Shown here: positions 9,579 through 18,788 of the stretch, in pieces | Numbering within the stretch: the stretch's first letter is position 1 | Layout: each line of letters begins with the position of its first letter | Made by a program: the position numbers and the translations under genes | UHGV virus genome: UHGV-0389389 | Reading direction: 5' to 3' (one strand) | DNA: 62,942 nucleotides | Source: a virus | Notes under the pieces: generated by a model | Seen by the model: the letters and a program-made list of their open reading frames with translations, nothing else | What the model was told of the DNA's origin: nothing | Databases searched by the model: none

Positions 9579-10067
9579 ATGAGTAAATTAGATGAATTGC
9601 TTGAGGGATTTAGAAGTGATAAAGGTTGGAATACAGAAAATCGAGATGGTTCTCATCGTTTTGACAAAGAAATAGAGTGGATAGGTCAGATGATAAATGA
9701 ATATGCCGAATATTTTAAAATGCCGGTGGATGAAGTCGTTGAAATAATGGAGAAAAAAAGGACATATTCATGGCCAAATTATTATCAAAAAGCGAATTTC
9801 CCGGATGTATCAAGTTTTGGAGAATTAGTAGGAGTATATAAAACTTTTGAGGAGTTCCAAGAATATGCAGAAAGGCATTGGAAAGGGTTTAAATGTCCGA
9901 GTTGTGGAAATATTGGAGGACATGCGCAAGAATGCGTACACCGTATTGAAAAAGACGGCAAATGTGATTGGTGTTCTTACGGATTTTTTCAAAGTGGAAC
10001 AAGAGTGATAATACTTGAAAACGGATTTGAAACAATTCCGATTTTTGAACCAGTTCCACTTGATTAA
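9579..10067 (+). CDS. Hypothetical Cys-rich (zinc-ribbon) protein
   Basis: CPSCGN...CVHR...CDWC. Confidence 0.35.
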   Translation: MSKLDELLEGFRSDKGWNTENRDGSHRFDKEIEWIGQMINEYAEYFKMPVDEVVEIMEKKRTYSWPNYYQKANFPDVSSFGELVGVYKTFEEFQEYAERHWKGFKCPSCGNIGGHAQECVHRIEKDGKCDWCSYGFFQSGTRVIILENGFETIPIFEPVPLD

Positions 10068-10095
10068 TCTGAGATTTAATGGAGAAGTAAACAAA

Positions 10096-10599
10096 ATGAA
10101 CAGAAAAGATATAACAAAGTTTTTAGGTGAACTTCTTGTGAGGAATAGGCTGACAGGAAGAGGAAAGTATTACGCAAGTGAAGTGTCGCTAGACTATGGA
10201 ACTACAAATGTGAAAAGAGTGGATTTTATGCAATTCGAACCTGCCGGAGTGGTTTCGGTCGGAGAAATTGAAAAAGGTATATTCACGTCTTATGAAGTCA
10301 AAAGCTGCAAGTCCGATTTCAACAGTGGATTTGGTAGAAATTTTGTGACAGAGAAAAACTACTTTGTGATGCCAATGGAGCTGTATAAAAAAGTAGCAAA
10401 GGAAATAGAATATCCGGTTGGCGTAATGTGCCCGATCCCATTCATGCGCGATATACATGATGAATTTGAAGATCCTACGCAATTAGATTCTAATGATGTA
10501 GCAGCATGGGATATGAAAATTGTTAAATCTGCGCATCCAGCTATAAGTAAACGTTCTATGGTGGAATTACTATTTTGTATGTTGCGGTCGGGCCATTAA
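10096..10599 (+). CDS. Hypothetical protein, possibly a PD-(D/E)xK nuclease
   Basis: Candidate D...E.K arrangement (RVDFMQFE ... YEVKSCKSD); weak. Confidence 0.3.
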   Translation: MNRKDITKFLGELLVRNRLTGRGKYYASEVSLDYGTTNVKRVDFMQFEPAGVVSVGEIEKGIFTSYEVKSCKSDFNSGFGRNFVTEKNYFVMPMELYKKVAKEIEYPVGVMCPIPFMRDIHDEFEDPTQLDSNDVAAWDMKIVKSAHPAISKRSMVELLFCMLRSGH

Positions 10600-10652
10600 G
10601 GAAGTGAATTAACATTTATATTAGTAAATTAAAGTTTTGGAGGAAAAATAAA

Positions 10653-11012
10653 ATGAGATCAACATGTGAAATAATAGCAGATGTTAAAGATGGAAAAGAA
10701 GTTCCGTATGAAGAACTTAAAATGGCATGCTTAGTACAGTCAAGTATTATTTTCTTTTATCAGCAAGATACAAAGAATTTGCTGAAAGGAGGAATAGGAG
10801 CAGACCTCGTAAAGCAAATGAACTACAAAGATGATAAAACGTCATCCAAAAAGATGGGGTATCCGTCATGGTATTGGAATGCAATCAAAAAAGATCCGTT
10901 AGAATATTTGGGTCCGAATTGGATTCCTGGAACACCAGAATGGAAAAAAATGCATGGTGCTAATATGAAGATATTTGAACATGTGATGAAAAAGCATGAT
11001 TCACAAAATTAG
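10653..11012 (+). CDS. Hypothetical protein
   Basis: ORF with an RBS. Confidence 0.35.
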   Translation: MRSTCEIIADVKDGKEVPYEELKMACLVQSSIIFFYQQDTKNLLKGGIGADLVKQMNYKDDKTSSKKMGYPSWYWNAIKKDPLEYLGPNWIPGTPEWKKMHGANMKIFEHVMKKHDSQN

Positions 11013-11063
11013 GATTTAACGGGCAATAGATATAGTGAAAATGAGCTAGAGGAGGAGAACTTG

Positions 11064-11273
11064 ATGAATAAAAATGGAGAGGGCTATGTTGATCCTACGC
11101 CGGATGCTGCGTTTGGGAATATACGCAGAGAAGAAAGAAAACATGAATCAGAGAGGCTTGAGAAGATTAGTAGTCTTATTCCGATTATGAAGCAGACTGC
11201 GGAGCTGGCAGGCTTTGAGGTTGTTGGCCGTATTGTCCTAAAGGACAAGCGTACCGGAAAAGAATACAGATAG
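11064..11273 (+). CDS. Hypothetical protein
   Basis: ATG 11064 follows GAGGAGGAG. Confidence 0.35.
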   Translation: MNKNGEGYVDPTPDAAFGNIRREERKHESERLEKISSLIPIMKQTAELAGFEVVGRIVLKDKRTGKEYR

Positions 11274-11285
11274 GAGCGTGATACT

Positions 11286-11579
11286 ATGAATGCAGGATAT
11301 CCGAATTTAGATCTGCTGGAGTATAAGGCGAGAGTAGCGCTGTCTTCAGATGAAGAATTTTTAAAAACCATTGAAGAGAAAAGAAAAAATGATAAATATG
11401 TGTATGTGGAAATGGAAGCCATAGTGTTTCCTCAAATCTGGGGAAGTACATGTACTGGTTTTAAAAGATGGAAGTCCAGCCATTGGCGGATGCGCTATGA
11501 CAAAAGAGTACACTACGGTATTTCACGAATTGCTGACGGATACATATATTATATTTTTTGGCGAAAGGATATGCTATAA
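11286..11579 (+). CDS. Hypothetical protein
   Basis: ORF. Confidence 0.3.
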   Translation: MNAGYPNLDLLEYKARVALSSDEEFLKTIEEKRKNDKYVYVEMEAIVFPQIWGSTCTGFKRWKSSHWRMRYDKRVHYGISRIADGYIYYIFWRKDML

Positions 11580-11740
11580 GGTCACGAATGCGAATGCGGA
11601 ATTTTATGAAGATCTGCAAAGAAGAAATATGGCCAGTTTGAGCGAGGCAAAGAAGAGGTATTAATGGATTTTATGCTACGAGAAATAAATGGGCAAAGGA
11701 GAATTTTGATGCCACTCATAATTAAAGGGAGGGGTGTGTT

Positions 11741-11932
11741 GTGTACACAAAGTGTCAAAAGTGTGGGAAGAAACTTACGGATCCGGAAAGTATGAGACGA
11801 GGATATGGACCGGAATGCTGGTCGCAAGTAAGCGGCTTAGAGAATACTTTTGGAAAAAAGGAAATGAATGAAGAAATACCTGGTCAAATGAATATTTTCG
11901 ATTTTCCAAAAGCTCTCCCGGATGGAGTGTAA
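11741..11932 (+). CDS. Small zinc-ribbon protein with a YGPEC motif
   Basis: CQKCGKKLTDPESMRRGYGPECW is typical of the small phage GYGP.C family. Confidence 0.5.
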   Translation: MYTKCQKCGKKLTDPESMRRGYGPECWSQVSGLENTFGKKEMNEEIPGQMNIFDFPKALPDGV

Positions 11933-11936
11933 GGGT

Positions 11937-12116
11937 ATGGCAAAGATAATATTGTTTCCCACCCACGAAAATTACTGTAGACAGTGCATATATGATGGGA
12001 AAAACGGTGAATGCACCAATGAAGAATACATAAAAAATGGATACAAAGTGAATTGTGTATGGAAGTATTGTCCATACAGGAAGGAGAAAAAAGATGGAAG
12101 AAGAGAAGGACGTTAA
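11937..12116 (+). CDS. Hypothetical Cys-rich protein
   Basis: ORF. Confidence 0.3.
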   Translation: MAKIILFPTHENYCRQCIYDGKNGECTNEEYIKNGYKVNCVWKYCPYRKEKKDGRREGR

Positions 12117-12321
12117 GAAAATAGTGATACATTATGAGGATGGTACAGAAAAGGTTATTGATAAAGGGTTTTTCTGTAACATGAAAGAGGAAGATGGAAG
12201 TGCAGTATTGGAATTTACAATGTGTCATGTGTCGGGCAGAGAGATTGAACTGATCGTTGAGGGGTGTCTGCAGCTTGGGTTTAAACTCGGAATGTTTGAT
12301 AGCAAGAAAGAGGAGGATTGA
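12094..12321 (+). CDS. Hypothetical protein
   Basis: ATG follows AGGAAGGAG. Confidence 0.3.
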   Translation: MEEEKDVKKIVIHYEDGTEKVIDKGFFCNMKEEDGSAVLEFTMCHVSGREIELIVEGCLQLGFKLGMFDSKKEED

Positions 12322-12325
12322 TTCT

Positions 12326-12601
12326 ATGGAAGACCATTGTGTAGCGTGTGGGGAAGTGATACCAGAGGGGATACAGGTATGCCCGATATGTAATAGAAAA
12401 TATGAGGGAATACAGGCATTATCGAGACTGGACAATAAAACTTTAATTTGCCCGGAGTGCGGGACAGAGCAGGCGCTGGATGCTGCTCTTGGCGATAGCG
12501 GTATGTCGGAAAAGGAGAAGGCGGAATTTAAGGAAGGCGTCATACAGGCAATACATAGGCAAGAGGAGGAAATGAACCATGGAAACAAAAAGTGGAGTTG
12601 A
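12326..12601 (+). CDS. Hypothetical zinc-ribbon protein
   Basis: CVACG...CPICN...CPECG; RBS AAAGAGGAGG. Confidence 0.35.
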   Translation: MEDHCVACGEVIPEGIQVCPICNRKYEGIQALSRLDNKTLICPECGTEQALDAALGDSGMSEKEKAEFKEGVIQAIHRQEEEMNHGNKKWS

Positions 12602-13160
12602 ATTTGTTGCTCTTACAAAAGAGGAAATTGAGGATATGATCGCAAAGGCAGCGTTGGCCGGAGCCTCGGTGGCGGCTGAAACAATGGAAAAAGAGCATAG
12701 GAAAGCGCAGAAGGAATTGAAAGACAGACGCTTACATAATACCAGATTGCTTCTTAGAAATTACAGGGCTCTGAAAGAAAGTTGTACGAAGGCTGTGTAT
12801 GAGAGAGAACATGCTGAAAAGACCACCGCAGAGGTGATAGAAGATCTTATGTCTATGAAGGCGAGCGATGGAGTGATTGTAAATTCAATCAAAGAATCCT
12901 CTGAAAGAACAAGTATTATCATATCCCATGTGGATAGAATGCTTGATGTGTATCGGATGTATTGCGGGAAGTTTGGGGAAAAAGAAAAACGTCAGTACAA
13001 GGTGATCAAGGCTATGTACATAACAAAAGAGCATGCATCGGTAGCAGAATTGGCAAGAAAGCATGGTGTAAGCAAAGTAACAATTTATGATGACATTAAG
13101 ACGGCAGAGGAAAGACTTTCAGCTTTATTTTTCGGAATAAATGGATTGCATTTTTATTGA
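12579..13160 (+). CDS. ArpU/sigma-70 region-4-like late transcriptional regulator
   Basis: C-terminal HTH (SVAELARKHGVSKVTIYDDIKTAEERL) resembles the ArpU/RinA-type phage late activators found upstream of packaging genes. Confidence 0.45.
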   Translation: METKSGVEFVALTKEEIEDMIAKAALAGASVAAETMEKEHRKAQKELKDRRLHNTRLLLRNYRALKESCTKAVYEREHAEKTTAEVIEDLMSMKASDGVIVNSIKESSERTSIIISHVDRMLDVYRMYCGKFGEKEKRQYKVIKAMYITKEHASVAELARKHGVSKVTIYDDIKTAEERLSALFFGINGLHFY

Positions 13161-13205
13161 TTCTATAAGGTTTTTCTAAAAATAACGGATATGGTTAAGT
13201 TAAAC

Positions 13206-13234
13206 TTGACTTAATAACGGATAGCGAGTATGAT
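13206..13234 (+). promoter_or_regulatory. Sigma-A-type promoter TTGACT-N17-TATGAT
   Basis: TTGACT 13206-13211, 17-nt spacer, TATGAT 13229-13234. Confidence 0.5.
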
Positions 13235-13264
13235 AAGGGAGTAAAATCTTATCATAAAGCCATG

Positions 13265-13293
13265 AGCCACTGGGGATGCCCGGTGGCTTTTTT
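13265..13293 (+). terminator. Rho-independent terminator or attenuator hairpin
   Basis: AGCCACTGGGG-ATG-CCCGGTGGCT stem followed by TTTTTT. Confidence 0.55.
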
Positions 13294-13369
13294 CAGTTAT
13301 TCTGGGGAGGGGGAAGAGAAAAAGAAGATGAGAGAATGCTCCTTTTAAAAAGCAAAAGGAGATTTTACA

Positions 13370-14758
13370 ATGAATGGGTTTGCGATTTTGGCAATCTATG
13401 CAGTGGTAATGATCACTGCAACACTAATATTTACCAAAAAGGAAAAAAACGTGGAAAGATTCTGCGTTGGAAGCCGTAAGGAAAATTGGATAATGTCTGC
13501 TTTGAGCATAGCAGCTACATGGATCTGGGCACCGGCACTGTTTGTATCTACGGAAAAATCGTATACGAATGGGTTTGTCGGCCTTTTTTGGTTTTTGATC
13601 CCGAATGTATTATGTCTGATCCTTTTCATACCATTTGCGAAAAGGATACGGAGGGAAATGCCAGAAGGAATTACGCTGTCTGGATACATGAGAGATAAGT
13701 ACAAATCGGACGGAGTTAAGCGTGTATACCTCTTTCAGCTCATGGGCCTTTCGGTATTATCGACAGGAGTGCAATTATTGGCCGGAAGCCAGGTGCTAAG
13801 CGCGGCAACTGGAATGCCGTTCCAGTTGGTTACGGTTTTATTGGCTGTCATTGCTTTGTCTTACTCACTTTTTTCTGGAATAAAGGCTTCAATGCTGACG
13901 GACGCAATACAGATGGTTTTTATGCTGGCGGCAAGTACAGCATTCTTAATCATGGCAATTAGAGCGGGCGGAACATCCGGAATACTGGAAGGAATACACG
14001 GAATATCTGGAAATTATACGTCGTTTTGGTCGGAAGATGGTATAGAGGTGTTCCTCGCATTCGGACTACCGACTACAATCGGCCTGCTTTCCGGACCATT
14101 TGGAGATCAATCGTTCTGGCAGAGGGCATTTGCTGTAAAGAGCAATCGGATCGGCCGTGCGTTTTTTGTCGGAGCGATATTGTTCGGACTGGTACCGCTC
14201 TCCATGGGCATTATCGGATTTGCTGGAGCGGGAGCTGGTTACCAGGCGAAAGATCTTGGTGTCATCAACTTCGAACTGATTCAAGAGATGTTCCCAGCTT
14301 GGGCAGTACTGCCGTTCCTGTTCATGATTGTGTCTGGACTCTTGTCAACGGTAGACAGTAATTTATGTGCGGCATCATCGCTAGTGACAGATATGAGTGG
14401 TGGAAAGGAACTCAAAAAAACAAAGTGGGCTATGATTGCCCTGCTTGGAGTGGGTATTCTGATCGCCAATATACCGGGGATGACAGTCACGCACCTGTTC
14501 CTGTTTTATGGTACGCTGAGGGCGTCAACGCTGTTGCCGACTGTCATGACATTGAAGGGAGTAAAGTTTACGCCTAAAGGAATTCAGTACGGAGTTATCT
14601 CTGCTTTGGCCGTAGGGCTCCCTATTTTCGCCTACGGAACGGTTTTGAACAGTGGACCATATAAAACACTTGGAAGCCTTGCAACAGTGCTGCTGGGTGG
14701 AATTGTAGGGATGATAGTTACAAAGGCGGAGGTGCGGCATGGAAAGAGTGCTAGGTAA
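13370..14758 (+). CDS. Sodium:solute symporter family transporter
   Basis: About 12-13 hydrophobic segments; the N-terminal region (FCVGSRKENWIMSALSIAATWIWAPALF) aligns with the SSF signature around the conserved GR. Confidence 0.6.
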   Translation: MNGFAILAIYAVVMITATLIFTKKEKNVERFCVGSRKENWIMSALSIAATWIWAPALFVSTEKSYTNGFVGLFWFLIPNVLCLILFIPFAKRIRREMPEGITLSGYMRDKYKSDGVKRVYLFQLMGLSVLSTGVQLLAGSQVLSAATGMPFQLVTVLLAVIALSYSLFSGIKASMLTDAIQMVFMLAASTAFLIMAIRAGGTSGILEGIHGISGNYTSFWSEDGIEVFLAFGLPTTIGLLSGPFGDQSFWQRAFAVKSNRIGRAFFVGAILFGLVPLSMGIIGFAGAGAGYQAKDLGVINFELIQEMFPAWAVLPFLFMIVSGLLSTVDSNLCAASSLVTDMSGGKELKKTKWAMIALLGVGILIANIPGMTVTHLFLFYGTLRASTLLPTVMTLKGVKFTPKGIQYGVISALAVGLPIFAYGTVLNSGPYKTLGSLATVLLGGIVGMIVTKAEVRHGKSAR

Positions 14759-15521
14759 AAAGCAATCAATACAGAATGAAGACTGGCTAAAAGCCGGAAA
14801 GCGCATTGAAGAACTGGTTTCAAGAGAGGAACTGGATGAAAAGGTGCACTCAACCGTAGAGGAAATCCGGCAGATGACTGACGGGAAAAAAGCTGCATAC
14901 GCATGGTCCGCCGGAAAGGATAGTCTCGTACTTGGAGAAATATGCCAGGAAAGCGGAGTTACTGATTGCATGATGGCAATTTGCAACCTAGAATACCCGG
15001 ATTTTCTTAAATGGGTAGACCAGTACAAACCGAAAGGGCTTGAGATCATCAACACTGGGCAGGATCTTGAGTGGCTGTCGAAACATTTGAATATGCTGTT
15101 TCCGCAGGACAGTGCCACGGCCGCAAAATGGTTTTCAATCGGTCAGCACAGAGCACAGGCAAAATATTATAAGGTTCGTGAGCTGGATCTGATTCTGCTT
15201 GGTCGGCGCCGCGCAGACGGCAACTATTGCGGAAGACGATCAAACATCTATACCGACGGAAAAGGAGTTACAAGATATAGCCCTTTAGCCGCATGGAGCC
15301 ATGAAGAGATATTGGCCTATATCCATTATCACAATGTGCGGATGCCGCCAATCTATAAGTGGAAGAAGGGATATTTGTGTGGCACACATCCATGGGCGGC
15401 AAGACAATGGACCGGATCCGTGGAAAATGGATGGCGCGAGGTATACGAAATAGATGAAAGCATTGTAAGGGAAGCGGCGAAAGTTATTGACAGTGCTGCT
15501 GATTTTCTCAAAGCACTTTAA
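14739..15521 (+). CDS. PAPS reductase-like (PP-loop) protein
   Basis: PP-loop AYAWSAGKDSLVL (SGGKDS-type); overlaps the transporter stop codon by 20 nt, which points to translational coupling. Confidence 0.65.
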   Translation: MERVLGKKQSIQNEDWLKAGKRIEELVSREELDEKVHSTVEEIRQMTDGKKAAYAWSAGKDSLVLGEICQESGVTDCMMAICNLEYPDFLKWVDQYKPKGLEIINTGQDLEWLSKHLNMLFPQDSATAAKWFSIGQHRAQAKYYKVRELDLILLGRRRADGNYCGRRSNIYTDGKGVTRYSPLAAWSHEEILAYIHYHNVRMPPIYKWKKGYLCGTHPWAARQWTGSVENGWREVYEIDESIVREAAKVIDSAADFLKAL

Positions 15522-15581
15522 GTGGATTATTTGCAGATAATCCCATTGCTCCTTCAAATCAAGAATTTGGAGGAAAACGCT

Positions 15582-16211
15582 ATGAAACAATTAACCATGA
15601 AACTGAAAGATCTTGTTCGCCCAGAACGCAACATACGAATCCATACGGAAAAACAGTTGGAGGAGTTTGAAAGAAGCGTCAGGATGTTCGGACAGATCAG
15701 ACCTATTGTGGTGGATGAAAACAACACAATTCTTGCCGGAAATGGATTGTACGAAACCCTCTTGCGAATGAATCGGGAGGATGCGTTGGTTTATAAGTAT
15801 GAAGATCTGACAGAGGCACAGAAGAAGAAACTGATGATTGCTGACAACAAGATTTTCTCCCTCGGGATTGAGAACTTGGATACTTTGAATGAGTTTCTGG
15901 AAGAACTTAGTGGGGATCTGGATATCCCGGGATTTGATGAGGAAATTTTGAAGCAAATGGTAGCTGATGCTGACGAGATCACTGAGAAGATAGCGGAGTA
16001 CGGGACGCTCGATGAGGATGAAGTACAAAAGATAAAAGAAGCGAACGAGAGAAGGGAGCAGCGCGAAGCGACAGGAAACACCGCGCAATATGAAACACCG
16101 ACGTTTAGTGACGGCGATTCCGAAGGGCGCGACTCCGAGCCCGAACAGAAACCGGCCGAAACAGGGAGATTCGTTATTTGCACGAAGTGTGGTGAGAAGA
16201 TATGGCTGTAA
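15582..16211 (+). CDS. ParB-like nuclease-domain (ParB/sulfiredoxin fold) protein
   Basis: LVRPERNIRIHTE...IRPIVVDENNTILAGNGLYETL fits the ParB N-terminal domain pattern; acidic C-terminal tail. Confidence 0.55.
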   Translation: MKQLTMKLKDLVRPERNIRIHTEKQLEEFERSVRMFGQIRPIVVDENNTILAGNGLYETLLRMNREDALVYKYEDLTEAQKKKLMIADNKIFSLGIENLDTLNEFLEELSGDLDIPGFDEEILKQMVADADEITEKIAEYGTLDEDEVQKIKEANERREQREATGNTAQYETPTFSDGDSEGRDSEPEQKPAETGRFVICTKCGEKIWL

Positions 16212-17353
16212 AACGCTGCGAATCGAATATAGATGTGGTAAAAGCTGCTGAAATACGTATAAAAAATGTGTTCCGGAACGGACTTCCTGTATTCTTTTCT
16301 TTCAGTGGAGGAAAAGACAGCCTGTGCGTAGCACAACTCATTGTGAATCTCGCAAACCGCGGGGAAATAGACATAAGGCAGTTGACTGTCCAGTTCATAG
16401 ACGAAGAGGCGATCTTCCCGTGCATGGAAGAGATGACGAAGAAGTGGAGACGAAAGTTTATGATGATGGGGGCGAAATTCGAATGGTTTTGCATAGAGGT
16501 AAAACATTTCAACTGCTTCAATGCCTTGTCGAATGATGAGACGTTTATATGCTGGGATTCAACAAAGCAAGACGTATGGGTAAGACGCCCGCCGGCATTT
16601 GCGATCAGGACGCACAAGCTACTTCGCCCGAGGATTGACGCATATCAGGACTTCCTTCCCAGGACTTGCGCATCGGGAATCACACTGGTAGGTATTCGTA
16701 CTGCCGAATCATTGCAGCGATTACAGAACATCGCGGCAATGACACAGGCCGGAAAGACCATGACGAACAAAAGACAGGTATTCCCGATATATGACTGGAC
16801 CAATAATGATGTATGGCTGTACTTAAAACAGGAGAAGGTTGATATACCGGAAATATACCTGTTCTTATGGCAGTCAGGAAGTTCAAAGCAACAACTTAGA
16901 GTGTCACAGTTCTTTTCTGTAGATACGGCCAGATCTCTGGTAAAGATGAATGAGTATTATCCGGATCTCATGGAACGGATTATACGCAGAGAACCAAATG
17001 CATATCTGGCGGCACTATACTGGGATAGCGAAATGTTTGGACGTAGTAGCAGGAAACGTAGGACGATGGAAGACGGTGCCAAGGAAAAGGATTACAAGAA
17101 GGAACTCATATATATGTTCTCGAACATGGATGTATTCTTTGATACACCTCATAAAAGGCATATTGCGGAGAGATATCGGAACTTTTTTCTTCAGGTATCA
17201 GCCATTGCCAAACAAGAGGACTTCAAGCACATATATGAAGGACTCATTTCCGGCGATCCCAAAATGAGAACGTTCCGCGCGCTGTATCATCGGATTTACG
17301 GGAAATACATATCTGAGGCAAAGAAAACGGAGGAAAGCAGACATGGAAAATAA
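16202..17353 (+). CDS. PAPS reductase-like protein with a C-terminal extension (IbrA-like)
   Basis: PP-loop FFSFSGGKDSLCV; 383 aa, the size of IbrA/DUF3440-type proteins. Confidence 0.65.
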   Translation: MAVKRCESNIDVVKAAEIRIKNVFRNGLPVFFSFSGGKDSLCVAQLIVNLANRGEIDIRQLTVQFIDEEAIFPCMEEMTKKWRRKFMMMGAKFEWFCIEVKHFNCFNALSNDETFICWDSTKQDVWVRRPPAFAIRTHKLLRPRIDAYQDFLPRTCASGITLVGIRTAESLQRLQNIAAMTQAGKTMTNKRQVFPIYDWTNNDVWLYLKQEKVDIPEIYLFLWQSGSSKQQLRVSQFFSVDTARSLVKMNEYYPDLMERIIRREPNAYLAALYWDSEMFGRSSRKRRTMEDGAKEKDYKKELIYMFSNMDVFFDTPHKRHIAERYRNFFLQVSAIAKQEDFKHIYEGLISGDPKMRTFRALYHRIYGKYISEAKKTEESRHGK

Positions 17354-17864
17354 ATTGTTTGCCCCGTTGGGTACACTGCAATGGGTACCGCGGAGCATGT
17401 TAAAGCCAAACGATTACAACCCGAACAAAGTTTCGAAAGAAAATTTAAAGCTGCTCACACAGTCCATTCTTACCAATGGATGGACACTTCCGATTGTTGT
17501 AAGACCGGATTATACGATTATAGACGGATTCCACCGATGGACTGTTTCGGGCGAAGAGCCCCTATTGTCTATGCTTGGCGGGAAGGTGCCTATTGTTATC
17601 GTTGAACATTCGGAGAGATCGGAGGATATCTATGGCACCGTAACGCATAACAGAGCGAGAGGTACCCACCTGTTAGAGCCTATGAAGGCGATTGTGAAAG
17701 AACTCATGAACGAGGGGAAAACCGTAGATGAAATAGGAAAACAGCTTGGAATGAAGCCGGAAGAGATTTTCCGGTTATCTGACTTCTCGAAAGAGGACTT
17801 TCTTAACATGATGACCAAAGGAGTTACGGGGTTTTCTAAAGCAGAATATGTCACAAAAATCTGA
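17343..17864 (+). CDS. ParB/sulfiredoxin-like nuclease-domain protein (IbrB-like)
   Basis: IIDGFHRW (ParB DGxHR motif); translationally coupled to the preceding PAPS reductase. Confidence 0.65.
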   Translation: MENKLFAPLGTLQWVPRSMLKPNDYNPNKVSKENLKLLTQSILTNGWTLPIVVRPDYTIIDGFHRWTVSGEEPLLSMLGGKVPIVIVEHSERSEDIYGTVTHNRARGTHLLEPMKAIVKELMNEGKTVDEIGKQLGMKPEEIFRLSDFSKEDFLNMMTKGVTGFSKAEYVTKI

Positions 17865-17963
17865 TGTCATTGCGTTATAGTACATATAGAACAAAGACCG
17901 GCGGCGCGGAAGAAAGCGACTGCCGGTCTATTTGTATCCGAAAAAAATACGATATAGGAGGTG

Positions 17964-18788
17964 ATGGCGGTGCCGAGAGCAAGAAGCCCTGACAGCATAG
18001 AGGCGGAGAAGTTGTATAAATCTGGCATGGCTCTTGTTGATATCGCAAAGAAACTCGGCAAGCCAGAGGGAACCGTCCGAAGATGGAAATCAACCCAAAA
18101 ATGGGATGATAACGGTAAAAAAAAACAAGGCGAGCGTTCGCAAAAGAAAAGTGGATCAGAAAAAGCGAGCGTTCGTAAACGAGGCGGACAGCCCGGAAAC
18201 CAGAATTGCAAGGGAAAGCAGAACGCTAAAGGGCATGGAGCCCCGAAGGGAACGCAGAACGCCCTGAAGCATGGAGGGTATTCCGCCGTCTATTGGGATA
18301 CGCTTGACGATGAAGAAAAAGAGCTCATTGAGACAATGCCGCAGGACGAGGAAGAGATACTGATAAACCAGATCATGCTGTTTACAGTTCGGGAGCGCAG
18401 GATCATGAAAGCAATCAATAAGTACCGCGAAGCAAAGGGCGGTGTTTACGTGTCCGGCGTGACAAAGTTTGAGGAAAAGAGGATGTTCAAAGACGATGCG
18501 GAAAGAGAACTTTACGACAACCGGGTTCAGGAGAAGGTCGAGAAAGGCGATCGGCTGCCCGGAGAGCATTACAGTCTGCAGACAATGACCTCTTCCTCGG
18601 CAGATCTGGTTGCGCGTCTGGAGAAGGAACTCACCTCTGTTCAAAGTCAAAAGACAAAAGCTGTAGATGCTCTTGCAAAACTCAGATTTGAGAAGGAGAA
18701 GATCGCAGGAGAGTCGAAGGGCAACGAACTGGTGCGTACTTGGGCGGAGAGCGTCATAAAAGCAAGGAGGGAAAAGGATGGACAATAA
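17964..18788 (+). CDS. terS: Terminase small subunit
   Basis: N-terminal HTH, a GAPKGTQNALKHGGYS motif typical of Firmicutes TerS, a coiled-coil C-terminus, and position directly upstream of TerL. Confidence 0.65.
   Translation: MAVPRARSPDSIEAEKLYKSGMALVDIAKKLGKPEGTVRRWKSTQKWDDNGKKKQGERSQKKSGSEKASVRKRGGQPGNQNCKGKQNAKGHGAPKGTQNALKHGGYSAVYWDTLDDEEKELIETMPQDEEEILINQIMLFTVRERRIMKAINKYREAKGGVYVSGVTKFEEKRMFKDDAERELYDNRVQEKVEKGDRLPGEHYSLQTMTSSSADLVARLEKELTSVQSQKTKAVDALAKLRFEKEKIAGESKGNELVRTWAESVIKARREKDGQ

Noticed and set aside
13161-13369. Possible riboswitch in the leader of the transporter gene
   Set aside because: The terminator hairpin lies only about 25 nt after the predicted transcription start, leaving no room for an aptamer, and no recognisable riboswitch consensus was seen
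15591-16617. Minus-strand ORFs of 165, 238 and 147 aa antisense to the ParB and PAPS-reductase genes
   Set aside because: Antisense to motif-bearing plus-strand genes; spurious
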